From assembly GCF_009914755.1 (NCBI RefSeq), contig NC_060944.1: a DNA stretch of 64,000 bases; one strand, 5' to 3'. The position numbers and the translations under genes were made by a program. Below the pieces are notes generated by a model. It was not told the DNA's origin, did no database searches, and saw only the letters and a list, made by a program, of their open reading frames with translations. Position 1 is the stretch's first letter. Every line of letters begins with the position of its first letter. This DNA comes from the human T2T-CHM13v2.0 reference genome, Homo sapiens. Shown piece by piece: positions 50,040 to 63,649 of this stretch.

Positions 50040-50250
50040 TTGTTATTATAAGAAATGGTCTCATCTTGTCACAGCCACCTTAACACTGTGTGGCTTTGCG
50101 CATGTTGTTTAACCTTTTTCTGCTTCAGTTTTGTCATGTGCAAACATACTAATGGACCAATTCCAAATATAAGGAATAGTAATATAAATGAAAGTTCACT
50201 AGATATGTACACCAAGCATCATAAATGTTTAAATATCCATGTTTATTTCT
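50040..50250 (+). mobile_element. MIR
   Basis: gttgtttaacctttttctgcttcagttttgtcatgtgcaaa. Confidence 0.6.
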
Positions 50251-50259
50251 TATTACAAT

Positions 50260-51220
50260 TTTAAAAGTAAGTAGTTCAACTTTTGTAATCATCTTTGAAA
50301 AATATATAAAACTTCTTATCACAGAAGTAAGATAGGTTTATAGTGAAAAACAGATAAGCAAAAAGAAAAAAATACAAACTATTTTCTGTCCTATAATCTG
50401 GAGATGAATTACATTTTGTTGCTTATCCTTCTGATCTTTAGAAATGGAAAATGCAAACAGCCAGAAATTAGTCTTATAACTTGCTATATGTCATTTAACA
50501 TAAATCATGAACATTTTTCACATCATTATGAATTCTTCCATAACTTAATTTTAATAGACCCAAAGTTTACTCAAAACCATACTATTGAACTTAGGAATTA
50601 TTTCTGTAAATTATTTCTCTATTTGCTTATAAATAATAATTTTTAAAAATCATCTTTGTAGTTAAATATTGGCATCATCCTCATTTTAAAAAATACTTTT
50701 CTAAAAGTGGAATCACTTTTTCAAAATATATGCAAAACCAAGACACTTTTGCTAGTAATTGTCAAATTGTGCACTGTGTTTGCAGCACTGCAGTTGAATG
50801 TCATGTACTATACAACTTACAGGGATTACCATCCACAGGGACAGAAATATAAATGCCCGAGCCTAGCAGTAAGCAACCTGAGTTTACATTCCCATGAGTG
50901 GTACATGAGAGTTTATTTTTTTCCTACCTTTCTCAGTGGGTTACATCCTACTGTTTTGATGTTAGCACTTTTATACATGAAAAAAAGGTAATTAATGGGT
51001 AACAACATTCATTTATTTTATTACTAATGTGGTTTAACATTTTTCCAGTTATTTATCTAAATTTCTTACACAAAATTGCTGATCATAACCCTTGTACATT
51101 TTTATTTCATCTTTTTCTTATTGATTTATAAGAACTCTTTGTATATTAAGGTTATTAATCTTTCAAATATATGTTGCAAGTGGTTTCCCAGTTTGTCATT
51201 TGCCTTTGTGATATTCTTTT
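50260..51220 (-). mobile_element. Old L1ME-type fragment
   Basis: agtttacattcccatgagtggtacatgagagttt...ttgatttataagaactctttgtatattaagg...gttgcaagtggtttcccagtttgtcatttgcc. Confidence 0.7.
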
Positions 51221-51492
51221 ATAACCAAAACAGTGAGAAAAGGTAGAAAGATAAGATTTTAAAATATATAAAAAAGAAAGAAGGAAGGAAGGAAGGAAGG
51301 AGAAAAGGGAAGATGAAAGGACGAAAAGTCCGAAGGTTTAAAAATAGAAAGAAAAGAAGAAACCCTTTTTAATGAAAGAATGAGGTTAAACCAAAAACTC
51401 AAAAATGACCTTGATTTTAAGCCTATGGACTTCGCCTCACAGAAAACCATTTTATTTCTAATTAGATTGTTTCTAGTTCTCCTCTTCAGACA

Positions 51493-52281
51493 TTTTATTA
51501 TTATTATTTTTTATTTGTTATTATACTTTAAGTTCTAGGGTACAGTGCACAATGTGCAGGTTTGTTACATAGGTATACATGTGCCATGTTGGTTTGCTGT
51601 ACCCGTCAACTTGTCATTTACCTTAGGTATTTCTCCTAACGCTATCCCTCCCCCAGCCCCCCCACCCCCCAACAGGCCCCAGTGTGTGATGTTCCCCTCC
51701 CTGTGTCCATGTATTCTCATTGTTCAACTCCCATTTATGAGTGAGAACATGCAGCATTTGGTTTTCTGTCCTTGTGATGTTTTGCTGAGAATGATGGTTT
51801 TCAGCTTCATCCATGTCCCCGCAAAGGACATGAACTCATCCTTTTTTTGGCTGCATAGTATTCCATGGTGTATATGTGCCATATTTTCTTTATCCAGTCT
51901 ATTATTGATGGACATTTGGGTTGGTTCCAAGTCTTTGCTATGGTGAATAGTGCTGCAATAAACATACGTGTGCATGTGTCTTCATAGTAGCATGATTTAT
52001 AATCCTTTGGGTATATACCCAGTAGTGGGGTGGCTGGGTCAAATGGTATTTCTAGTTCTAGATCCTTGAGGAATCGCCACACTGCCTTCCACAATGGTTG
52101 AACTAATTTACACTCCCACCAACAGTGTAAAAGCGTTCCTATTTCTCCACATCCTCTCCAGCGTCTGTTGTTTCCTGACTTTTTAATGATCACCATTCTA
52201 ACTGGCATGAGATGGTATCTCATTGTGGTTTCAATTTGCATTTCTCTGATGACCAGCAATGATGAGCAGTTTTAAATATGT
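51493..52281 (-). mobile_element. 5'-truncated L1PA (older, PA6-8-like): ORF2 C-terminus plus 3' UTR
   Basis: ORF 51807-52259 is L1 ORF2 ([10 protein letters not shown]...[13 protein letters not shown]). TSD ttcagacatttt (51485-96) / ttcagacgcttt (52282-93). Confidence 0.95.
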
Positions 52282-52327
52282 TTCAGACGCTTTGTATACA
52301 AAGCAATCTGCTTCCTGATTTACCAAA

Positions 52328-52840
52328 TGTGGTAGGCGGAAAAATGTCCCCCACAAAGATGTCTACAATCTAAACCCCAGACCCTGTGAATATGTTAGGT
52401 GGCATTGCAAAGGGGGAAATAAGATTGGTGGTGGAGTTAGGGTTGCAGTTAGCTGACCACAAGATAGGAATGTTATTTGGGATTGATTCTAGAGGTGGGG
52501 TCAATGTCATCAAGAGAGTTCTTAAAATTGAAAGAGGAAAGCAGAAGAGGGAAGGCAGAAGGAGCTGTGACTGTGGAAGAATGTTCAGAGAACTGCACCA
52601 TTGCTGGCTTTGAAGATGGAGGAAGAGGGCCTTGAGCTAAGGAACATGGGCATCTCTAGAAGCTGGAAAAGCGAGGAAACAGATTCTTTCCTGGAGCCTC
52701 CAGAAAGGAAAGCAGCCTAGCTGATATGTTGATTTTAGTCTAGTTCAACCCATTTGGGACTTCCAATGTACAGAATTGTAAGATAATAAGTTTGTGTTGT
52801 TAGTAGAAATATGTTACAACAGTAATAGAAAACTAATACG
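52328..52840 (+). mobile_element. MLT1D LTR
   Basis: tgtggtaggcggaaaaatgtcccccacaaagatgtc...ctagaagctggaaaagcgaggaaacagattct...gaaaactaatac. Confidence 0.88.
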
Positions 52841-53682
52841 CCAGTCATCTATGAATAAGTGAAAGAAACACAAGAGAAACTTCTTACTCAGTCTGAATTG
52901 TACATTTTCCCCCCAAATGATACATTCAATGTAGAGAAAAACTAGAGTAAAAGAATTCAGTATTTTCTTTAATTATGAATGTTTACAAGTACATGGCACA
53001 TTTATGTACTTTTAATGTGCAGATCACATTGATGTTTAGAATTCTGCAAGACAAGCTCTCTATAATGTAACATAAATGAGTTAACTGCCTTCTTAGGAAA
53101 TAGGTGCTAACCATTTCCACTTGATGGGCCTCAAAAGCTGCAAACACATTTTGCCTTCAATGAAAATCCAGTGAAGTGTTGCTGTAACCAAGCAACCTGA
53201 ATGCAGGAACAAGCAGCCGGCATAGACAGAAAGCAATCTGTCCCTTCCAACGGAGGGGAGTGTGCAGTGAGTGTAGCAAATGCTGATAACCAGCAGAACT
53301 CATGAAGACCTGGGAACATGAGCCTTGGCTAAGCAGAGTTTGATCTCATTAGGAAGTTCTGGTAAAACAGACACAACTAAATGCTAGTTGGAGAAGGGAG
53401 GGAGGATGTTGTAGTCATCTTTATAGAGACCGCTGCAGGGTGCTTTTGAAAGGCCTTTCAAACATTCTGGGTAGACTGGTTTTGGTTCTTTAGTTGAAAA
53501 CATTGAGGCAAATGCAGGGGAAAAAAAAGTCTTTTTAGGAATAATATATCAATAAAATAATTCTTAAGAAGGCACAGAAGTAAGAGTAAAGACAAAAATA
53601 AACAATAGGGAAACTAAAATTTCTGCAAACTATATTCCACTTTATGTATGAACCTGACTTTTATTGTCAGCTACATGTCTTT

Positions 53683-53719
<37 letters not shown>

Positions 53720-54498
53720 GTATTTTTTTTATTACACTGTAAGTTCTAGGGTACATGTGCACAAAGTGCAGGTTTGTTACATATGTATACATGTGCCATG
53801 TCGGTGTGCTGCACCCATTAACTCGTCATTTACATTAAGTATATCTCCTAATGCTATCCTTCCCCCTGCCTCCCACCCAATAGCAGGCCCCAGTGTGTGA
53901 TGTTCCCTTCCTGTGTCCAAGTGTTCTCATTGTTCAATTCCCACCTATGAGTGAGAATATGCAGTGTTTGTTTTTTTGTCCTTGCGATAGTTTGCTGAGA
54001 ATGATGGTTTCCAGCTTCATCCATGTCCCTACAAAGGACATAAACTCATCCTTTTTTATGGCTGCATAGTATTCCATGGTGTATATGTACCACATTTTCT
54101 TAATCCAGTCTATCATTGTTGGACATTTGGGTTGGTTCCAAGTCTTTGCTATTGTGAGTAGTGCCGCAATAAACATATGTGTGCGTGTGTCTTTATAGCA
54201 GCATGATTTATATTCCTTTGGGTATATACCCAGTAATGGGATGGCTGGATCAAATGGTCTTTCTAGTTCTAGATCCCTGAGGAGTCGCCACACTGTCTTC
54301 CACAATGGTTGAACTAGTTTACAGTCCCACCAACAGTGTAAAAGCGTTCCTATTTCTCCACGTCCTCTCCAGCACCTGTTGTTTCCTGACTTTTTAATGA
54401 TCACCATACTAACTGGGGTGAGATGATATCTCATTGTGGTTTTGATTTGCATTTCTCTGATGGCCATTGATGATGATCATTTTTTCATGTGTCTGTTG
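53683..54498 (-). mobile_element. 5'-truncated L1PA (younger, PA3-5-like); tail decayed to (TA)n(TATG)n
   Basis: ORF 53934-54467 is the L1 ORF2 C-terminus ending ...IFSLIGGN. 17-bp TSD gtcagc(t/c)acatgtcttt at 53666-82 and 54499-515. Confidence 0.96.
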
Positions 54499-54519
54499 GT
54501 CAGCCACATGTCTTTGAAG

Positions 54520-54965
54520 TGTTGTCTGTCTCCCTCACTTGCTGGTCACTCCATAATCCACTGCAATAACGTGACTGTCTCTGCCTTCCTACTGCAACCA
54601 TCCTTGTTGAGGTTATTAGAACATTTTTGATGGCTTGAGCATGGGAACTGAAACCATTGCGTATTTGATCACATGACCCTTTAGAGCTCTTCTCACTTTG
54701 GACTGGGCACTCTTTATCCTGGCGACTGCTCTGCCATCTTTTCTTTCTGACCGTCATCTGTGTCCATCCCAGCCCTCTCTGGTGTACTTGCTTGCACACG
54801 TCCATCTCCAGCTGGGAGTCTCTCAGGCGTCTTCAACTGAACATATCCAAAATTAAATTCAAAATCTGTTTCTCCACTCCTCAATCCTCCTCTTCCTAAA
54901 TCCCATATCTCTGTAACTGATGCTATAATGTGCCCAGTTGGGCAAGCCAGAAGCAGCAGCATCAG
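54520..54965 (+). mobile_element. L2 fragment
   Basis: tctctcaggcgtcttcaactgaacatatccaaaattaaattc...ccagttgggcaagccagaa. Confidence 0.65.
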
Positions 54966-55955
54966 GCGGTGCCTTTTATTTATTGCTTGATTTATAAAGT
55001 AATTAGATTTGAGTGCTCATTTTGGCCAAGTATCAGTTGAAGGAAAAAAAAAAGTTCCCTTTTTTTTAAAAGAACAACAAAATTTCTCCTGGCTTTATCA
55101 ATCACCTTCAAAAAGTAGATTTAGCAATTTGTTAGATGCAGTGAGTCCAGGTATTCAACTTAATGGCAGGAGTCCTACTCAGGGAGGACTCTCCCTTATC
55201 GGACATTCTTTGCCTGAAGTTTCTGCTTTGTCAAGTCCTACAAGAAGCCATGAGGATAACGACCTCTTCCCTACTACGTAGAAGCCCTAAACAAAGCTTT
55301 ATTTTTGCTAATAATATTTCTTTTTTCTGCAAATCCAAATTGTTCCTAGAAGCTTTTGGTAATGAAATATTAAAAAGATGAGGAGTGCACAAGAAGCCTG
55401 TGGTAAGAAATTAAGCTCTAAGGAAGAGAACTTGGAAGCATGTGAAATAAAACCACAGCAGGATTATCGTAATTGTTCTCCTTGACAGACCTGCCCATAT
55501 GTACGGATGTTCCTGAAAATTTGACAAGGGAATTTTATGATCTATTTCAGGTGTCTGTCCATTTTTTTCCCTTGGGAGTGGAGAGGATGCCGTAATAGCT
55601 CATAAGGGTAACATTCCCCTTCATAACACCCTCCTTTTCTCATGCCACCCACAGACCTCCTTGAGGCTAGTCTCCATTCATGCTCATGTCTCCTAGCCAA
55701 TCTAGGAATCCTGGCCATGGACCATGATAATCTTGCCACTCAGCTGCATGGTAGCTGAGTGACTTCAAGCACATAAGAAAGCATACAGTATCTTATGAAA
55801 AGCATAACTGTTCCTCAAACCCAGCAACCATGTGGCTTGGGCACCTCTTACCACATTAGTGTTAGTGAGACATCACAAGTTAGTTCAGTTGAAATATTGG
55901 ACATCTACTCTTTTGAAAGGTTCTTCTTCAACAGACCAATATTGGTGCTTTGGAC

Positions 55956-56118
55956 CAGTGGCTCTCAAACTTCAGTGTGCATGAGTGTCACCTGGAGGGT
56001 CCTTTCCCCAGAGCTTTGGATGCAATAGATCTTGAGTGGGACCTGAGAATTTGCATTTCTAACAAGCGTTCAGATGATAGTGGTGCTGCTGGTCCAGAGA
56101 GTACACTTTGATAATTAC
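55956..56118. mobile_element. MER5A (hAT-Charlie), internally deleted
   Basis: cagtggctctcaaacttcagtgtgcatgagtgtcacctggaggg...gacctgagaatttgcatttctaacaag...cactttga. Confidence 0.85.
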
Positions 56119-57269
56119 CTTAAATAAAGTTCTACGGGGTTTTCTTTGCTTGTTTTTGTTTATTTCACTTCCCCAAAAGACTGTATTAATTATGGTGGCT
56201 CTAGGTAATGGAGTAAGACAAATCTGAAGTCATTCCAAAACCCATAGCATACTTCCTTTTCCAAAGAAGTGTGGACTATTTGCTGTTGGGAAATGACAGG
56301 TACCTGCTCAGAAGACAAGTATAATAATTAAAACAAAAATCATTCACATTAACTCTGTCTCCAATAAAAGAAGGTGAAATCAATGTTATAGAGCTCAAAG
56401 TAGGTTAGACATTTCCTTATGAAGGGGATTCTGAAGTATATAAAGCTAGCTTTTACCCAAAACTTGTTATTCATGAGAAACTAGTTGGTTTTCACATATA
56501 TTTTGTGATCAAAATAAGAACTTCGGTCATATTCATGTGTTTGTGTAGAATGCAACAGGGTAATCTAACACAGGAGATACAGTGAACAAAAACAGCGTCT
56601 ATTATGAAATTAACATCAAAGAGGTCCCGTAAGATTAAATGGAGCTTTAGCCTCTGTATGGTCTGTGCCTGGGAAGGAAAGGGGATTTTTCTGGAATTGG
56701 CATTTCTGAACACACAGAACAATGCCATCTGATTGATTGCTCTCTATTTAGAAATAGTATTTCTATCACTTTGGTAGAAACCTTTTATTTCATTTTTGTC
56801 CTCTAACAAAGAAGTATGATGCTTGGAGAACTGTTTAAAAGGGCTGCAACTCTGTGCCCATGCTTCATCAGTCTCCTAACTACTTTCAAACTTTGAGTGG
56901 CATGACTCCCTACTTCCATAGACTATCACCTTTTTTTAATATTTTTTTGTTCCTAGTTTTGTTAGAAAAATTCTTGCTAGCAATTTGTTGCACAAATATG
57001 ACTCAAGCAAGCACATTACATAGAATAATGTTGAACTAAAGTAGATTTCATTAATATGTAATGGCACATTAGGTGCTTTGTAGAGCAAAAGGACTCTGTG
57101 CTTGATTTTAATACAAATAATTGCAAAATATTAAGGCATGTGCTTTATAATTTTCAGTAAATTTGTCTCATAAAAAGTTATCTTTCAAAAGATGGTATGT
57201 CACTCCTCTGCTCAAAGTTGTTTAATCACTCTACAATTTTTCAAAAAAAGTTTGAATGCTTCAACCTTG

Positions 57270-57804
57270 TATATTAGTCAGGTTTTTGCAGAGAAAATGA
57301 ACATATATTAAAATACATGGAAAGAGGTTTATCATAGCAAATGGCCCATATGATTATGAAGGCTGTTAAGTCCCAAGATCTGCAGTTGGCAAGTGTGAGA
57401 CCCAGGAGAGCTCATGGCATAGTTTCAGTCTGAGTTCAAAGGCCTGAGAACCAATGGAACCAACCGTGTAGTTGTAGTCTGAATGCTGGCAGGCTTCAGA
57501 CCCAAGAAGAATTAATGTTTCAGTTTGAATCTGAAGGCAGGAAAAAAACCCCAATGGCCAACTAGTAGAAAGGCAATGAGGCAGTAGGAGTTCCCTCTTA
57601 CTCTCCAGGGGTCAGCCTTTGTGTTCTTGTTAGACCTTCAACTGATTGGATGAGGCTCACTCACATCAGGGAGGGCAGTCTGCTCCGTACCCATTCAAAT
57701 TTTAATCTCATTCAGAAACACTCACAGACACACCCAGAATAATGTTTGACCAAATGTTTGAGCACTCTGGACCAGTCACCTTGACACATAAAATTAACCA
57801 TCAC
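57270..57804 (-). mobile_element. MLT2B-type ERVL LTR
   Basis: tattagtcagg...aagtcccaagatctgcagttggcaag...cccagaataatgtttgacca...ttgacacataaaattaaccatcac. Confidence 0.9.
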
Positions 57805-57979
57805 TCCTGGCATGGAAGGTCTGTATTATCTAGCCAGAACAGATCGGGTTAGTTGCAATTTCTCAGATAACTCTTCCTTTGGCCATTCATAGCTAGTTTT
57901 ATTTCCTTAAAAACATCTTGATGATTCACGTCCACATGTTTTTACAGATGTTTTTCCCTCTGCTTGAGTGTGATTACCC

Positions 57980-58468
57980 TTGTCTTTGTTTGAGTTCCCC
58001 AATAAGCAGATCCTGAAACAAGGACTGAAGTAGAAGTATGTTGGGGCGGCGGGGGTGTGGCAGGGAGATGATCCCAGGAAACACCAGTAGGGAAGTGGGG
58101 AAGTGAGACAAGCAAGAGCAGTAGGCAGTGAGGTTAAGCTCTAAGCCAGTTACCACTGGACAACTGGGGCTCAATCCCAGTAGGAGTGAGGAGACTCAGG
58201 GAGATAGTACAGAACATGCTTTGAATTAGGCCACTTGGGAAGCAAGGGATCTGGGGTACTTATATGCAAATTGTCCATCATTTGAGAAAGGCTCAACCCT
58301 AAAGGGTGTTAATTCTCTAGTATTACTTGAATGGGATTCAGCAAGCAGAGAGAGCCCTCAGGCAAAGAGACCCAGGAGCTGGTGGCTCAAAGGCAGGCTG
58401 GCATGCACTGAATTGTCAAGGAACAAGGAGTTATAGGCAGGACATCCACATCTAGGCATCTACTGTAG
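57980..58468 (-). mobile_element. ERVL LTR (LTR16/LTR33-like) within an L2
   Basis: gttccccaataagcagatcctgaaacaaggactgaagtagaagta...gggagatgatcccaggaaacaccagtaggg; L2-like flanks. Confidence 0.6.
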
Positions 58469-58780
58469 CCTTTCTTTTTCCCTACATAACTTTAACTCAC
58501 TCTTTAAGACTCAGCTGAAGTCTTGCCTCTTCTGGAATGCCTTCATAGACCTTCTCTCTGACTGAGCTGGCTCTTGTATATTTCCCAATACAACTTCTGT
58601 TTACCTCCATCAGATAATCTGTTACCTTCTTCTCTGTTGTTTTGCTTTTCTATATCGTCCACTTTGTGACCTCCTTGAGGGAAAAGATTGCTAACCTGTA
58701 TCTTCGTAATGGGTACACAAGGTAGAGCTCAAGAAATGGTTATTTGACTAGCAAAAATAGTTATAAAAATGACATTATAA

Positions 58781-59558
58781 TGTAATCACTCAATGGGTTA
58801 TTCTTGCCCACTGCACAGATAAAACTAATTCAGTGAGACAGCAGTATTGCAGTAGAGAAAGAGTTTAATGCAGGGCTAGCCAAGCAGAGGACAGAAGTTT
58901 ATTACTCAAATCAGTCTCCCAAAAAGCTTGGAGGCTACGAGTTTTATGGACAACAGGCAGGGGTCTAGGGATAGGGTGCTGCTGATTGGTTGGGGATGAA
59001 ATCACAGGAGTGTGGAAAACTGTCCTCATGCACTAAGTCAGCCTCTGGATACGGGCCACAGGACCAGTTGAGTAATGAGGCAAAGGTCCCAGTGGAGTCA
59101 GTCAGTTGCCAGAATGCAAAAGTCTGAAAAACATCTCAGAAGTCCAACCTTAGGTTCTAGAATAGTGAAGTTATCTATTAGAGCAATTGTAGAGGTTACA
59201 TGTCTTGGGACCTCTAGAACAATGGCTGGTTATTGTTTAAATGTGCCTACGTCTTAGTAGAATCCAGGCTTCTCTCATAATCGTGACCTTGGGGCCTTTC
59301 GTTAGTTTTACAAAGGCAGCTTCAGTCCTCAAACAAGGAAGGGATAGTTTTGAGAAGGGCTATTATCATTCTTGCTTTTAGGTTAAACTATAAACTAAAT
59401 TCCTTCCAAAGTTGGCTTGGGCTATACCCAGAAATGAACAAGAACATCTTGTGAGGTTAGAAGCAAGATGGAGTCTGCTGTGTCAAATTTCTTTCATTGT
59501 TATACTTTTTCTATGTCAGATTTCTCTCATTGTCACAATTTTTGCAAAGGTAGTCTCA
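58781..59558 (-). mobile_element. LTR8-family (LTR8A-like) ERV1 solo LTR
   Basis: tgtaatcactcaatgggttattcttgcccactgc...tgtcagatttctctcattgtcacaatttttgcaaaggtagtctca. Confidence 0.85.
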
Positions 59559-59688
59559 GTAATAGCAATAATCAGTATTTATTGAATGCTCATTCTGTGT
59601 AAGCACTTGACATATAATCCTAACCCTAAGAAGTTGATAATTTTATTATCCCTATTTTTCAGATGAAGAAACTGACATATAGGTTATA

Positions 59689-60270
59689 TGTTACTTGGAG
59701 GCCAAAAGATAACTTCCCCTTTGCCCTCTGAAAGTTCACTAAAAGTAAGCTGACAAAAGGCAGGTTAATAGCAGAAAAATCATACAAAATTATTTTAACA
59801 TGCATAAGCATGGGAGAATCGCATGAGAATGATTATCCACTAGCTAAATTGGGCACAGAAGCTTATCTCTTCTTCTTCATAGGGGAGTGGACAGATGGGG
59901 AAAGTAGACAATTTTTTGAGGAGCAATAAATAATTATTAGGGAGAATGAATGGACCCAGGAGACAGAAATTAACTTGTAAATTATTCTCTTTGGAATTTG
60001 AATGAGCCCAAGAGGCAGGCATTATCTTGTGAAAAACATCTGTCCAGGTGTGGTTACATTCTCAGCTTTCTTTTCTGCAATAGATAATGAGATTTCAGGC
60101 AGAGGATGGAAGACAATTGTGTTCCTTTTTTGGGGCTACTGTTTCTAGATAGATAAGGGAACTGCAGAGAAAATCTTCACCCTGTGCTTTGGGAGAGACA
60201 AGGGATTGAGAGACGGTAGTGAGGGGAAGGTCCCTCATATTTCAGGGTGAAATATTCTGGTATTCTTCTT
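59689..60270 (-). mobile_element. ERV1 LTR (MER34/MER39-like) inserted in a MIR
   Basis: ttcccctttgccctctgaaagttcactaaaag...catatttcagggtgaaatattctg. MIR at 59560-59688 resumes at 60268-60365. Confidence 0.65.
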
Positions 60271-61534
60271 ACCCAAGATTTGCATAGTTATATGTGGTTT
60301 GTCCTGGAAGTAAACCGAACCAGTCTGAGTCCAGACTCTGGACAGACTCTTAACCACTGTATGACTAAATCAGTGCGTGAATGAAGTGAATGAATGAATA
60401 ATAACCCCAAGCCTGATCCTTCCACACATGGGAGTCATTCTGGGGATGACGTTATCAGGACAGTCTATGTAGTTCAAATATCAGCTTCAGTGTTATGTTC
60501 TACATACAAGAAGACTTCCAAGTAGCTTAACTAGAAGTATCAATCCTTCCTCTGACACTTTTTAATAGCATTGACTACCATATGTTGGAATGTATTTGCA
60601 TGTCTTGGTTTCTTTACTACTGACAAGATTCTTAAAAAAAAAAACAAACAAACAAAACAAAAAAAACTGCTTAAGTTTCTATCCATCTTGGTGTTTTCTA
60701 CAGCCCCAAACATAAAGCCTTGTACACAATAGGCTAACCAATGAGTGTTTGCCAGGTGAATAACGGAAATATAAGTGACAAGCAAAGGGATCTTTGACTC
60801 TTCCTTTATTTTTCCCCAGAAACTGTAGAGACTCTTTTTTATCTCTCTCTCTGAGATTCCAGAGAGTCTGTTGTCATACAGATTTTAGATGGCTCTGTAA
60901 AATAAAATTATATTTAAAGATGTTAAGTTCAGGGAAGAATCTATGAAGTTTACTTTGTAACATTTTGGTAATCATTTGGTTAGAAAATTATATTTCTAAG
61001 AAATTGGTATTCTTCCTTCCAAAACTGCATTCATAGAATGAATTTTAAAAATTATGTAGAAAATCATCAGTGTTTCTAAAATATTTCCATGGTAAAAAAA
61101 TTACTTCTTTAAAAGTTAACCATAGTTATCAAGAATTGCCTTTCTAAAACCTCAAATGAAAGGCATTTTCTCTTTCCTCTGACTAATAAATCTCTAATCA
61201 TCATTAATAATCAATTCTTAGAAGAGGGGCAGACTGAGTAAATTTGGCTGGGATGACTAAATTACAAAGCACATATATAGGAGAAAGTTGTAAATCTTCA
61301 CTGACTTCCCATTATTTACAAAGTATCATATAGCTAATATGTATAAAACACATAGAAAATAATATAAATTTAATTCAGTGGACATTTATTGATTCTAGTA
61401 TATAAAATGAATGGCATTAAGTGCCAAGGAATATACAGGAACAGAAGACCTGGTCTCCATCTTTACAGAATTTATGATCTGGAGACCGATGTTTGAAAGA
61501 GAGATAAAATAACAAGTAGACTGTGTGATTTTAT

Positions 61535-61780
61535 TATAATAACAGCTAATATTTAGCACTTAACAATGTTTCAGTAGCTGTCCTAGTGCTTTACGTGGCA
61601 TTATCTCATTTAAACCTTAGGAAAGCTCTATGTAGTAGGCATTATTATTATCCCACTATACAGCTGATGAACCTGAAGCTCAGGAAGATCAAGGTAACTT
61701 CTCCAAGATCACATGCCCAGGGGATGGATGGATGGAGGAGCCAGGATGCAAACCTAAGCCCATGTGTATTTAAAGTCCAT
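61535..61780 (-). mobile_element. MIR inside an L2 (L2 pieces at ~61370-61500 and 61800-62320)
   Basis: attattatcccactatacagctgatgaacctgaagctcaggaagatcaaggtaacttctccaagatcaca. Confidence 0.75.
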
Positions 61781-62326
61781 ACCAAGCAGGCAGCAAAAAT
61801 AAGGTACATCAAAGAGCACATGATTCATTCAAACCTGGGGAAATCAGAAGCTATGGCACCTAAGCTTGCACTTGAAGGATGAAGGTGAATAGAGAGGGAG
61901 AAGGGCATTGCTAGCAGGACCAAGGCAGGTAGACGAGGCTGAGGGAGACCTTGAGAGATCAGAGAAGAGTTAAGTGTTGCCATCCATGTGGGTGGTAGCA
62001 TGCATGTAACAGAGGAGGTGAAACTGAGAAAAGTGTTTGGAACCAGGTATCATTGGCCTTGAGTGTTATCGGGAAGAGTCTAGACTTTTCTCATTAGGCA
62101 GAGGGCAGTCACTGAACTGTTGTGAACCAGATCAGAGCTGTATTTTAAGACTGATTTGGCAGTCACGTGTAAAAGGAGTGAGATACAGGAGAGAGAAAAA
62201 GAGAGGAGCAGTTAGGAAACTGCTAAAATAGCTAAGGCAAATGGCACTGGGAGTCTGAATTTGTACTGCAATAATGTGAGGAGAGAGGACCAAACATAGA
62301 AACAGGAGAAGATTTGGCGCTAGCTG

Positions 62327-62687
62327 ATATTTTAGTCCATTTGGGCTGCTGTAACAAAATATCATAGACTCAGTGGCTTACAAACAAAAGAAATTTATTT
62401 CTGACAGTTCTGGAGGCTGGAAGTCCAAGATCAAGGTGCTGGCAGATTCGGTGTCTGGTGAGGTCCCTCTTCCTGTAGAGAGCCATCTTCTTCCTGTGTC
62501 CATGCATGGAGGAAGGGGTGAGAGGTCTCTCTTAGGTCTCTTTTATAAAGACACTAATCCCATCCACAGGGCTCCTTTCTTATGATCTAATCAACTTCCA
62601 AAGGCCTCACCTTCTAATCACCATCACCTTGGAGGTTAAGATTAAGCATATGAATTTTGGGGGGATACAGATATTCAGAACATAGCA
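62327..62687 (-). mobile_element. MLT1A/MSTD-like LTR
   Basis: ttagtccatttgggctgctgtaacaaaatatcatagac...ggctggaagtccaagatcaagg...atattcagaacatagca. Confidence 0.85.
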
Positions 62688-63359
62688 CTGGTTGTGGGGA
62701 GCATAAGGAGAGAGACGACAATGTGTCAGAAGTTCAAAAGAGCAAGCGTGTCATCTATAGTGCAGAGGAATCACATGTCCTTGTCCAGTTAAAAGGGATT
62801 ATACTGGGAGATGATGGGAGCTAAATGGGAGTGGTGCAATTGGTGGGACACTTGAAAGCACATGAGTGAAGGCTGGGATTTCCAAATGCAGCAAAGCAGC
62901 ACTTTCCATGGTGTGGTGCGGGGATTTGACATGTGTCGGTCTATGACCAAATAATGATGTCCATACTTCTCAGATACTTGAAGTGAGCATGCAGACCTTT
63001 AACAAAGTTAGAACATGTGGCATTTAAAGTCTGTGATTTTTAATTTTGAGCAATTGAAATGACTGAAGTGACCATATATAATTTCTATAAGTAAAACAAA
63101 CGATTGCATATACAGTTATAAATATAACAATTTTTAAAAGGAAATGTAAACTCTAGGCTTTAAATTGTGCATTAATGTGTATACTTTCTTCTTAACTTAG
63201 CATGATAATAATAAGACAACAGAAATGCATGTTTTAACAGTCTGTTTTCTACTGATCTGTTATCCCTTTCTTTGATTTTTTTTAATAATCCATCTGGAAC
63301 ATTCTTGTGTTTCCCACTTTCATATAAGTATTTCTTTATGTTTTCCTATTTTTTAACAG

Positions 63360-63407
63360 ACGATAATAATGAAGAAGAAGAGGATGTTGAAATGAAAGAA
63401 GATTCAG
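63360..63407 (+). CDS. MACROD2: MACROD2 internal coding exon (48 bp, probably exon 10), start of the acidic C-terminal tail
   Basis: Acceptor ttttcctattttttaacag| and donor CAG|gtatta. The G from the previous exon plus AC gives Asp, then DNNEEEEDVEMKEDS+G, in frame with 40319-40400. Confidence 0.95.
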
Positions 63408-63649
63408 GTATTAAATTCATACTTTTATTATTAGGGGGTAGGTAGGGGTCATTTTGTTGTTTATGTACACTTCATATTTTTTCAACGAAAGACAAAATAA
63501 GATTAATAAAATAGAAATATATGCTCAGTGTTATAAAATTAAAAAGTAGTTGTTCTAACACTTAAGGCTATTGCAGTTGCTGTATTTAAGGAATAAATTT
63601 GACCTTGAGTTTCCTGACAGCGAAGGTAAAAATGGAACATGATGTTGTG

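Noticed and set aside
51724-54467. ORFs of 83-177 aa with real protein similarity
   Set aside because: These are L1 ORF2 C-terminal remnants in truncated, promoterless copies, not genes.
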